Of a stretch of DNA of 49,850 nucleotides, positions 37,034 through 45,275 are shown in pieces. The notes below the pieces were generated by a model. That model ran no database searches. It was not told the DNA's origin and saw nothing but the letters and a program-made list of their open reading frames with translations. Position numbers and translations under genes: made by a program. Source of the stretch: Patescibacteria group bacterium (GTDB lineage: Bacteria; Patescibacteriota; Minisyncoccia; Phycocordibacterales; PALSA-1337); contig JAZKDJ010000001.1 in NCBI GenBank assembly GCA_040387635.1, positions 1-49,850 of the forward strand, written 5' to 3'. The stretch's first letter is position 1; the number at the start of each line of letters is the position of its first letter.

Positions 37034-38128
37034 ATGGCAAACAAAGACTACTACAACATACTCGGCGTCGACAAAGGCGCATCCAAGGAGGACATCAAGA
37101 AAGCCTTCAGAAAATTGGCGCACGAACATCATCCCGACAAGAACAAGGGTAATGATGCCAAGTTCAAAGAAATCAACGAAGCGTACAGCGTGCTTTCTGA
37201 CGACCAAAAAAGAAAGCAGTACGACACCTTCGGATCAGCAGGTCCAGGAGCAGGAGGCTTCGGTGGATTCAATGGAGGACAAGGCTTCGGCGGTTTCGAC
37301 TTCTCTCAATTCAACCAGGGCGCAGGAGGCCAGGGATTTGAATTCGACTTGGGCGACATCTTCGGCGAATTCTTCGGTGGCGGCAGTCCTCGAGGAGGAA
37401 GAGCAAAAAAAGGTCAGGACATCCAGGTAGATATTTCAATAAGCTTCAAGGATTCAGTCTTCGGTGCGAACAAGGAGATTCAGTACGAGCATATGGCTCA
37501 ATGTGATACATGCAAAGGCTCAGGAGGGAAGCCTGGAACATCCATGGATACATGTTCTACGTGTGGTGGAGCAGGTAAGGTAAACGAAACGAGACGCTCA
37601 CTCATGGGAACATTTACAGCGACAAGAATCTGTCCTGAATGTCATGGAGCAGGCAAGGTACCTAAGGAGAAGTGCCATGATTGTCACGGCCAAGGTGTGA
37701 AGGACAAGCGCGAATCTTTGACCGTCAAAATACCTGCAGGCGTTGAGAACGGCGAAACGCTCAGAGTCTCAGGCCGAGGTGAAGCTCTTGCAGGCGGTCC
37801 ATCAGGCGACCTCTATATCGTCATCCATGTTGAACGACACGCAACCATCCATAAGAAGGGAAACGATCTCATCACCAATCTCAAGGTTCCTATGACCACC
37901 GCACTTCTAGGTGGAGAGATTTCTCTAGATACGTTGGAAGAGAAACTTACTATCAAGGTCCCTCAAGGAGTAACTCACGGTGAGATTCTACGAGTAAAAG
38001 GCAAAGGAGTTCCAAACGAGAAGGGCAGACGAGGCGACCTCATGATTACGGTTGCAATCAATATTCCAAAGAAACTTTCGAAGCAGGCACAGAAGTTGGT
38101 GGAGGAATTGAAGAGAGAAGGAATATAA
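37034..38128 (+). CDS. dnaJ: Chaperone DnaJ
   Basis: J-domain with HPD, G/F-rich region, four CxxCxGxG motifs, C-terminal domain. Confidence 0.97.
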   Translation: MANKDYYNILGVDKGASKEDIKKAFRKLAHEHHPDKNKGNDAKFKEINEAYSVLSDDQKRKQYDTFGSAGPGAGGFGGFNGGQGFGGFDFSQFNQGAGGQGFEFDLGDIFGEFFGGGSPRGGRAKKGQDIQVDISISFKDSVFGANKEIQYEHMAQCDTCKGSGGKPGTSMDTCSTCGGAGKVNETRRSLMGTFTATRICPECHGAGKVPKEKCHDCHGQGVKDKRESLTVKIPAGVENGETLRVSGRGEALAGGPSGDLYIVIHVERHATIHKKGNDLITNLKVPMTTALLGGEISLDTLEEKLTIKVPQGVTHGEILRVKGKGVPNEKGRRGDLMITVAINIPKKLSKQAQKLVEELKREGI

Positions 38129-38146
38129 AAAACAAACAGCCAAAGT

Positions 38147-38174
38147 AAAAGCCCCGACTCACATCGGGGCTTTT
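38147..38174. terminator. Bidirectional terminator
   Basis: AAAAGCCCCGA-CTCACA-TCGGGGCTTTT. Confidence 0.85.
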
Positions 38175-38194
38175 CATGAATGGAAGTTCTAATC

Positions 38195-38656
38195 TCAAAT
38201 TCCGCGGAGCCGTAGGCTAAGCAGATGTCCCACAAGCTCCTTACCTTGAGGATATGTAAGTGATCTTGCGATCGATTGCTGGAATAGCATACTGCTGCAG
38301 AGCTTGCGCTTGAGTGCACGAAAGAACATGTCGCCATCTCGGCGTTCTCGCTGAGCTGGGCTAGCTTCGATCTCATCGACTGCTTTACTCGCGCGATCAA
38401 CTAAGTACGAGATGTTCCGGAGCACCTTGTACGGAAGTGGATCGCTGTATGTCGCAGCTTTAGCCAATTGGTCTCCTACGATGCCAATGACCAGTCTCAT
38501 GCAATGAAGAGCGAGCCTCTGTGCGCTCATGTAATCTTTCTTTCTTTTGCATTCGCGGATGAGATATCTCACCCGTTCATGATCGCGACGGATGTGCGGC
38601 GGCACCAAGCTCGACGGTTTCGGACGAGAACGAGTTCTCCTCACGGTTGTTTTCAT
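38195..38656 (-). CDS. Basic helical hypothetical protein (~153 aa)
   Basis: ORF converging on dnaJ; ATG 38656 (MKTTVRR) preferred over 38725. Confidence 0.55.
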   Translation of the reverse strand: MKTTVRRTRSRPKPSSLVPPHIRRDHERVRYLIRECKRKKDYMSAQRLALHCMRLVIGIVGDQLAKAATYSDPLPYKVLRNISYLVDRASKAVDEIEASPAQRERRDGDMFFRALKRKLCSSMLFQQSIARSLTYPQGKELVGHLLSLRLRGI

Positions 38657-38723
38657 AACAAAGCTGCTGGAGTTTTCTTTAGTAAAGGGTAACAGAAGCC
38701 CCATATCGCTGCAAGTTTTATAC

Positions 38724-38816
38724 AAAAGAAAATCACTCGTCAGCCTGTATAAATACAGAGTGACAAGCGATTCTTGAATCTCCCTTCTTTCTCTCTGTCA
38801 TGTTAGTGATAGAGAG
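38724..38816 (-). repeat. Structured repeat element, copy 2
   Basis: Homologous to 36271-36365; overlaps the stop codon of the 38803-39093 gene. Confidence 0.85.
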
Positions 38817-39093
38817 GCCTGCTGGGAGACGAAGGCTCTTTCTTTTCCTTGCTTTGCAAGATTGCTGAGCTAATGGTATTTGAGACATGTAGTCCCATCG
38901 CCATGAGCGCTAGCAACATCGTCATAAACGTAAGGCTAGCGAGAGTTCCTAAACCCATCGCCAAAGCCCACGACTTGTCGAAAGCAAGCACTGCTGTGAA
39001 TGTCACGAGCAGGAAAAGAAATGCTGAGGAAGCGAGAGTGAGAATGAGCGGCATAACTAGTGAATGTGGTATTTTCCCAAGGTTACCCGGCAT
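38803..39093 (-). CDS. Small two-TM membrane protein (~96 aa)
   Basis: Two hydrophobic segments; minus-strand promoter TTGACT-N17-TATTAT with TG extension; ATG at 39093. Confidence 0.6.
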   Translation of the reverse strand: MPGNLGKIPHSLVMPLILTLASSAFLFLLVTFTAVLAFDKSWALAMGLGTLASLTFMTMLLALMAMGLHVSNTISSAILQSKEKKEPSSPSRPLYH

Positions 39094-39195
39094 GAAAGCC
39101 AACCTTCTAACACTTATATAATAGCATAATTATTACATAAAGTCAATCCATATAAAAACCTAGCTAATTCTTATCCTTTCGGTATAATTTCAATT

Positions 39196-40140
39196 ATGAA
39201 AAAAACCCTTCTATCAGCCATCCAACCATCGGGACGGCCTCACATCGGCAACTACTTTGGAGCAATGAAGCAGTTTGTTGATCTTCAGAATGAGTACGAG
39301 GCATTTATAATGATCGCTGACTACCACGCGCTCAACTCTGTCCAGGATGCAAAGGAGATGCGAGAGAATATCCTCAACCTCGCACTCGACTATCTCGCTA
39401 TTGGTCTTGATCCAAAGAAAATTACGCTCTTCAAGCAATCAGATGTTTCAGCTCATGCTGAACTTACATGGATTTTTGATACTGTGACTTCTATGCCTTT
39501 TCTCATGCGAGCGCATGCATTCAAAGATGCTGAGGCAAAGAACAAGGAGATCAGCGTTGGAAAATTCAACTATCCTATCCTCATGGCTGCGGATATTCTT
39601 CTCTACAACACAGACCTAGTGCCAGTAGGACAGGACCAGAAGCAGCACATCGAATACTCTCGAGACATTGCTTTGAAGTTTAATAATATTTTTGGAGAAG
39701 CATTTAAGTTGCCAGAAGCTTTGATCAAAGAAAGCGTTGCTATTGTTCCAGGAGTTGATGGTCAGAAAATGAGCAAGAGCTACAAGAACACCATCGAGCT
39801 TTTTGCTTCAGACGAAGAGATCGACAAGGCGGTTATGAGCATCGTTACAGATTCGTCTGGAGAGGTCCCTAAGAACGTTTACGAGATACATAAGCTCTTC
39901 AGAAGCAAAGCCGAGCTAGACGCTATCTACAGCGAGCATAAGGGCAAATACAAGGCATTGAAGGAAGCATTGGCTCAGGATATCAAGGCATTTGTTGGAC
40001 CACTCCGTGAGAAGCGAGAGAAGCTGTCTCAAGACAAAGCGGCCGTCATCAAAATACTCGAGGAAGGCGCCCTCAAGGCCAAGGCAGTAGCTGACAAAAA
40101 GCTCGCCGAAGTGAAGAAAAAGATCGGAGTGACTCTTTAG
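39196..40140 (+). CDS. trpS: Tryptophan--tRNA ligase
   Basis: IQPSGRPHIGNY, YPILMAADIL, VPVGQDQKQH, KMSKS. Confidence 0.97.
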   Translation: MKKTLLSAIQPSGRPHIGNYFGAMKQFVDLQNEYEAFIMIADYHALNSVQDAKEMRENILNLALDYLAIGLDPKKITLFKQSDVSAHAELTWIFDTVTSMPFLMRAHAFKDAEAKNKEISVGKFNYPILMAADILLYNTDLVPVGQDQKQHIEYSRDIALKFNNIFGEAFKLPEALIKESVAIVPGVDGQKMSKSYKNTIELFASDEEIDKAVMSIVTDSSGEVPKNVYEIHKLFRSKAELDAIYSEHKGKYKALKEALAQDIKAFVGPLREKREKLSQDKAAVIKILEEGALKAKAVADKKLAEVKKKIGVTL

Positions 40141-40186
40141 ATTCGCTGCGATATAATGCACGTATTAATTAACTAACGACAATACC

Positions 40187-40348
40187 ATGGAAGCACACTT
40201 AGACATGAAAGGATTAGACAAGGCATGTGAATGCGGATCTACAAAGCCTGCGGGAAACTGCTGCAAGAAGGATGAGAAATGTCCATGCGGATCAGGACAG
40301 AAGGTGAGCGGATGCTGCCTTATGGGAGTAAGCAAGGCTCGAGAATAG
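40187..40348 (+). CDS. 53-aa microprotein with two SEC-C metal-binding motifs (not in ORF track)
   Basis: CECGSTKPAGNCC and CPCGSGQKVSGCC, both CxC-x8-CC; TATAAT upstream. Confidence 0.8.
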   Translation: MEAHLDMKGLDKACECGSTKPAGNCCKKDEKCPCGSGQKVSGCCLMGVSKARE

Positions 40349-40402
40349 ACGAAGAAGAATAAGTACCGAGACGCAACTAAGCCAGAACGGTTTTACAAAA
40401 AA

Positions 40403-41710
40403 ATGAGTACGAAACAAACCAACCCGGAAGCATACTTCAGGGCGGTTGATTTTATTGACAGCTTCTCCAATAGTTCTATTCGCAAGAATGTTGGCCGAGG
40501 AAAAAGAGAGAAGAAAGATCTCAATTTTTACCTTAACCGCACTAAGTATTTTCTTGACCTTCTCGGCAACCCTGAGAAGTCATTCAAATATATTCACGTA
40601 ACAGGTACGGCTGGAAAGGGAACTGTATCTTCGATGCTCCATGAGACGCTCGTCGCATCGGGCAAGAAGACAGGAATATTCACTTCGCCATTTGTCACCA
40701 CGACAATAGAACAGATCAAAGTGAATAGGGAGTATATAAGCCCTGCGGAGTTTACGAAGCTTGTCGATTACATCAAACCATTCATAGAGAAATCCAAAAG
40801 CGGACCTTACGGCAACCCGTCGGCTTTCGAGCTGTTGTTTGTTATTAGTATTCTCCATTTTGCGAACAAGAAGTGCGAATGGGTTGTTTTGGAAGTTGGA
40901 ATGGGAGGAAGATATGATGCGACAAACATTATAGAGGAACCGGTCATCACGGCCATTACGAACATCGATTACGACCACATGGAGATACTGGGCAAAACTC
41001 TGAATGAGATCGCCACCGACAAGATGGGAATTATCAAACCTGGATGCAGCTTTTTTACTTCTGAACAACGACCAGTGCTCCAAAAGATGTTTGAGAAAAC
41101 ATGCAAAAAAGTAAACGCTAAGTTCCATAAAATTCCTCGTCAAAAAAACTATTCTGATCACAACAAGGAACTAGTGCGGGCCATTGCTTCTGAGCTTGGA
41201 ATTTCCACAGAGCATGTCGAGAAGGGAATTCAAGCTACAAAACTCCCATGCCGCTTTGAGACAATGCAGGATACGCCACTCGTGATATTGGATGGTGCAC
41301 ATAATAGAGCGAAGGTAATAAGCACAATGTCCAATCTCAAGAACTACACGTTCAAAAAGCTCTTTCTCATTACTGCAATCTCAGACACAAAGAAAGAAAA
41401 GCAGCTCATCATCGAACCCCTCATTTCAAATCCTTACGACATGACTGTGATCCTGACTCAGACCAAGACGAAGGAACGTAGCTCAGTGTCTCCGAATTTT
41501 CTCAAGCCTTTAGTACAGAAGTATTTAAAAAAGAACTCAAGGCTCGAGCTGATCGACACTCCTTCCAAAGCTCTAGAATATGCATTGAGTAAAGCAGGGA
41601 AGGACGACGTGATTCTCGTTACCGGATCGTTTTTCCTAGCCGGCGAGCTTCGAAAGAAATGGATTTCAGAGGCTTGGGTACTTGAGAATCTGCGAAGTTT
41701 CAAAAATTAA
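40403..41710 (+). CDS. folC: FolC-like folylpolyglutamate/dihydrofolate synthase (Mur ligase family)
   Basis: IHVTGTAGKGT, FTSP, LEVGMGGRYDATN, IDYDH, LDGAHN, VTGSFFLAG. Confidence 0.85.
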   Translation: MSTKQTNPEAYFRAVDFIDSFSNSSIRKNVGRGKREKKDLNFYLNRTKYFLDLLGNPEKSFKYIHVTGTAGKGTVSSMLHETLVASGKKTGIFTSPFVTTTIEQIKVNREYISPAEFTKLVDYIKPFIEKSKSGPYGNPSAFELLFVISILHFANKKCEWVVLEVGMGGRYDATNIIEEPVITAITNIDYDHMEILGKTLNEIATDKMGIIKPGCSFFTSEQRPVLQKMFEKTCKKVNAKFHKIPRQKNYSDHNKELVRAIASELGISTEHVEKGIQATKLPCRFETMQDTPLVILDGAHNRAKVISTMSNLKNYTFKKLFLITAISDTKKEKQLIIEPLISNPYDMTVILTQTKTKERSSVSPNFLKPLVQKYLKKNSRLELIDTPSKALEYALSKAGKDDVILVTGSFFLAGELRKKWISEAWVLENLRSFKN

Positions 41711-41728
41711 TTATGCTAAAATAATCAC

Positions 41729-42109
41729 ATGAAAAAAATACTACTCATCCTACTCTGTGTCCTCGTTGGCGTCGCTGCGCTCTATCTATTATGGTCAATG
41801 AAAGCAACCACTCTTATAAACATCAACGATACTTCGTATTTGGTTCCTGGAGCTACGTCTACAAACAAGACAACAACCACAAATAATTCCAAATACCCTG
41901 AAGTTACATTTACTCCAATCGCTCTAAGCCCTACCCAAGTAACAGGAAACATCAACGTTGGACCGTTTAGCAAGTTCATAAGCGTTCCGGTAACGTTTAC
42001 TAATGGAAAGTATGTAGCAAACACGACGCTCGACCTCAGCGCATTCAATTTCATAGGAGCATCCAACTACAAGCAGGCGGTGGTGCAGGTGAACGTGACG
42101 CTTAAATAA
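41729..42109 (+). CDS. Secreted or membrane-anchored hypothetical protein (126 aa)
   Basis: MKK plus hydrophobic N-terminus, Thr/Asn linker, beta-rich C-terminus. Confidence 0.7.
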   Translation: MKKILLILLCVLVGVAALYLLWSMKATTLININDTSYLVPGATSTNKTTTTNNSKYPEVTFTPIALSPTQVTGNINVGPFSKFISVPVTFTNGKYVANTTLDLSAFNFIGASNYKQAVVQVNVTLK

Positions 42110-42159
42110 ATGTTGTTTTTAAGGCTTAATTTGCTATAGTTACTTCGAATTTAATCACA

Positions 42160-43488
42160 ATGGAACGAACATACATCAAAGACATCAAGGACAAGGTGGG
42201 GCAGGAGGTGCTTATCAAGGGATACGTGGATATTCGACGAGACCACGGCAAGCTTATTTTCATGGACCTTCGGGACATGACGGGCAAGGTACAAATGGTT
42301 GTACTTCCAAACCACGCAGAAGCGAAAGCAGCTGCTCAGGAAGTTCGAGCTGAATGGACTATTGCAGTGAAGGGTAAGGTAAACGCTCGACCAGAGAAGA
42401 TGGTCAACAAAGACGAAGCTCTCGGAATGGTTGAGATTGAGGTTCTCGAAGTAACAGCTCTCGGTAAAGCAAAAGAGCTTCCGTTCGACCTCAACTCAGA
42501 CATCAATGTCGACACATACCTCGATAACATGCCTCTCACACTTCGATCTCCAAAGCGACGAGCTGTGTTCAAGGTACAGGCTCACATTGCAAAAGCATTT
42601 CGAGATTACTACACAAGCGAGAATTTCACTGAGATCCAGGCGCCAAAGCTCATTGGTGATGACGCCGAAGGAGGAGCGAACTCATTTGATGTTACGTACT
42701 TCAAGCACACAGCGCATCTTGCACAGAGCCCTCAGCTCTACAAGCAGATCATGGTAGGTGTTCTTGAGAGAGTGTTTGCTATAGGAAACGTTTACCGAGC
42801 AGAGAAGCACAGCACGACACGACACCTCAACGAGTATACAAGCATGGACATTGAGATGGGATTCATCAATGATCACTATGACATCATGAATGCCGAGAAT
42901 GGTTTCCTAGTACATCTCGAGAAAGAACTACGAGCTCACTGTGCAGAAGAATTCAAGCTTCTTGGAGCTGAGATTCCAACAGTTCCTCAAGAAATTCCAA
43001 AGATGACCCTCAGAGAAGCACAGGATCTCATCACAAAAGAAACAGGCAACGATTGTACGAAGGAGCCTGATCTCGAACCTGAGCATGAGCGATGGCTATG
43101 TACGTATGCAAAAGAGAAGCTCAACTCTGACTTTATTTTCATTACGAATTTCCCAACAGCAAAGCGACCATTCTATACCTATCGAGACGAGCAGGATCCT
43201 ACCTACACAAAGGGCTTCGACCTTTTGTTCCGAGGTGTTGAGATTACAACAGGTGCACAGCGAATTCACGACTACGACGCTCTCGTAGCTTCAATGCTTG
43301 AGAAAAAGCTTGATCCTGAGAAGTTCAGCTACTACCTCCAGGCCTTCAAATATGGAATGCCTCCACACGGTGGATTCGGACTTGGGCTTGAGAGAATCAC
43401 AGCGAAGCTCCTAGGAATCGACAACGTGAAGGAAGCGACTCTTTTCCCAAGAGACCTGAACCGAATTGACGTTCTGCTATCAAAATAG
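42160..43488 (+). CDS. aspS: Aspartate--tRNA ligase, short archaeal-type, probably non-discriminating (Asp/Asn)
   Basis: OB fold with RDHG; LAQSPQLYKQ, YRAEKHST.RHLNEY, PPHGGFGLGLER; no GAD insertion. Confidence 0.9.
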   Translation: MERTYIKDIKDKVGQEVLIKGYVDIRRDHGKLIFMDLRDMTGKVQMVVLPNHAEAKAAAQEVRAEWTIAVKGKVNARPEKMVNKDEALGMVEIEVLEVTALGKAKELPFDLNSDINVDTYLDNMPLTLRSPKRRAVFKVQAHIAKAFRDYYTSENFTEIQAPKLIGDDAEGGANSFDVTYFKHTAHLAQSPQLYKQIMVGVLERVFAIGNVYRAEKHSTTRHLNEYTSMDIEMGFINDHYDIMNAENGFLVHLEKELRAHCAEEFKLLGAEIPTVPQEIPKMTLREAQDLITKETGNDCTKEPDLEPEHERWLCTYAKEKLNSDFIFITNFPTAKRPFYTYRDEQDPTYTKGFDLLFRGVEITTGAQRIHDYDALVASMLEKKLDPEKFSYYLQAFKYGMPPHGGFGLGLERITAKLLGIDNVKEATLFPRDLNRIDVLLSK

Positions 43489-43514
43489 CAGCATCCGGAT
43501 AACCCTCTTGCCAC

Positions 43515-43558
43515 AAAAATCAGGTCATGCCACTATAGCGACAGACCTGATTTTTTGT
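43515..43558. terminator. Bidirectional hairpin after aspS
   Basis: AAAAATCAGGTC-N17-GACCTGATTTTT-TG. Confidence 0.75.
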
Positions 43559-43563
43559 TTTTC

Positions 43564-43927
43564 AATGCGTTGTCCTGCATGGAATGTTGGCCTTGTCGAT
43601 GCCTGGCCACTACGTCCGCCGCACTATGGGCACTGGACAATGCGTTCCTGGTGAGCAAGATCACAAGTCTTGCTGCCATGTCTGTGTGAGACCGCTAGAC
43701 TCACACATGAGATCCGAAAAAAGCCTTGAAGGGGGCCTTTCCTCGGATGTAACTAATAAGGACTTTCTTGTTAGTTACAAAACCTGAGTTGCGTTCAAAG
43801 CTGAACAGATAAGAAACGTTGCGACAAAACGTTGTGACCTACAACCGCAATTCAGAATAGCAAAACGTGCAAAAAGTCTGCACTTGAGGAACCGCTGAGT
43901 GCAATGCAAAGCGGTTCCTTTTACTTT
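43564..43927 (+). ncRNA. Candidate ~360-nt multi-hairpin structured RNA
   Basis: Eight stems tiled almost without gaps, ending in a terminator with a U-tract; G-U pairs mostly favour the + strand. Confidence 0.45.
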
Positions 43928-43962
43928 TTGGGGTATAATATCCTTATATATCCAGGCTAACT

Positions 43963-44706
43963 ATGTTCCACAGCGCTAAACTGAATTTCAACGTCAAAAC
44001 TACCACCTTCGAGGGACCTCTCGAGATTCTTCTTGGTCTCATAGAGAAAAGGAAGCTCATGATCAATGAGATTTCTCTCGCTCAAGTGGCTGATGATTTC
44101 GTTACATACATCAAGCAATTCGGCGCACTTCCAATAGGCGAGTCAGCGCATTTCATCCTTATTGCGTCAACGCTTCTCCTCATCAAATCAAAGTCGCTTC
44201 TGCCAGTACTGAACCTTACCGAAGATGAACAGCATGATATTGCAGATCTCGAACGAAGACTTAAGATTGCTCAAAAAATAAAAGAGGGAAGCGAGCATGT
44301 TAAAAACCTTTATGGCAAGCAGATTATGTTCGCTCAGCAAAAGGGAAGAACTATTGAGCCTACATTCGTGCCGCACGAGACTATGAATACCAAGAACGCT
44401 TATGAATCCATGTTGCGCATCATCATGACGCTCCCAAAGCCCGAGAAGATCGCCACATCAACTATCAAAAAGGTAATCAGCCTCGAGGAAGCCATCAGTA
44501 ACCTCGCAGACAGAGTAAGCAGGAATCTTAGAATCAGCTTTAGAGAGTTTACAGGTCAGGGTACTAAAGAGAAAGTGAATGTGATTGTTAGTTTTCTTGC
44601 CATGCTCGAACTAGTAAAACAAGGCGCACTCCAAGTCAGCCAGGAGGGTGCGTTCGACGATATTCACATCGAAACGAGCCAAATTAAAGTTCCAAGGTAT
44701 AATTAA
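43963..44706 (+). CDS. scpA: Segregation/condensation protein A
   Basis: FEGPLEILL.LI, ISLAQVADDF, IASTLLLIKS..LL, IVSFLAMLELVK. Confidence 0.93.
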   Translation: MFHSAKLNFNVKTTTFEGPLEILLGLIEKRKLMINEISLAQVADDFVTYIKQFGALPIGESAHFILIASTLLLIKSKSLLPVLNLTEDEQHDIADLERRLKIAQKIKEGSEHVKNLYGKQIMFAQQKGRTIEPTFVPHETMNTKNAYESMLRIIMTLPKPEKIATSTIKKVISLEEAISNLADRVSRNLRISFREFTGQGTKEKVNVIVSFLAMLELVKQGALQVSQEGAFDDIHIETSQIKVPRYN

Positions 44707-44711
44707 CCATC

Positions 44712-45275
44712 ATGACACTCGAAGCACAGCTCGAAGCAATTCTATTTTGGTATGCCGAACCGGTAGCAATCAAAGACCTTGTAAAATCTTTGGAGAAAAC
44801 CGAAGAGGAAATCACTGCCGCTCTAGCTGCGCTTGAATCGCAGCTTTCAGAACGAGGAATCAGCCTTCTCCAGCACGGAGGGGAAGTTAGCTTACGCACA
44901 AGCCCAAAGGCAAGCTCTCTTATCGAGAAACTCACGAAGGAAGAGCTCTCAAAAGATCTCGGCAAAGCTGGACTCGAAACTCTCTCGGTCATCCTATATC
45001 AGGGTCCAATATCACGCTCTGAAATCGATTACATTCGCGGTACCAACTCACAGTACATTATCCGCAACCTCCTTATTCGTGGCCTTATCAAGAAAACTGA
45101 AGATCCTAAGGACGAGAGGCGAATGCTCTATGAGCCAACGCTTGATCTCTTGTCGCATTTAGGAATCTCATCTATCAAGGATCTTCCTGAGAGGGAGCGA
45201 ATACAGAAGGAGATAGAAGGATACAAGCAGGCCGCTAATACAGAACCTACAACCAATGGCAACCAAGCTGCATAG
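44712..45275 (+). CDS. scpB: SMC-Scp complex subunit ScpB
   Basis: LEAILF, LGKAGLETLS.I.Y.GPI.R.EID.IRG, Y.PT..LL..LGI. Confidence 0.95.
   Translation: MTLEAQLEAILFWYAEPVAIKDLVKSLEKTEEEITAALAALESQLSERGISLLQHGGEVSLRTSPKASSLIEKLTKEELSKDLGKAGLETLSVILYQGPISRSEIDYIRGTNSQYIIRNLLIRGLIKKTEDPKDERRMLYEPTLDLLSHLGISSIKDLPERERIQKEIEGYKQAANTEPTTNGNQAA

Noticed and set aside
43565-43654. 29-aa ORF with four Trp codons (possible attenuator leader)
   Set aside because: Trp codons are dispersed, no trp gene lies downstream, and short ORFs occur in all three frames here.
43730-43746. Minus-strand GAGGAAAGGCCCCC resembling RNase P conserved region I
   Set aside because: Lacks the invariant bulged U, has no downstream P4 partner (GGGGGCUU) or CR-V, and pairs locally instead.
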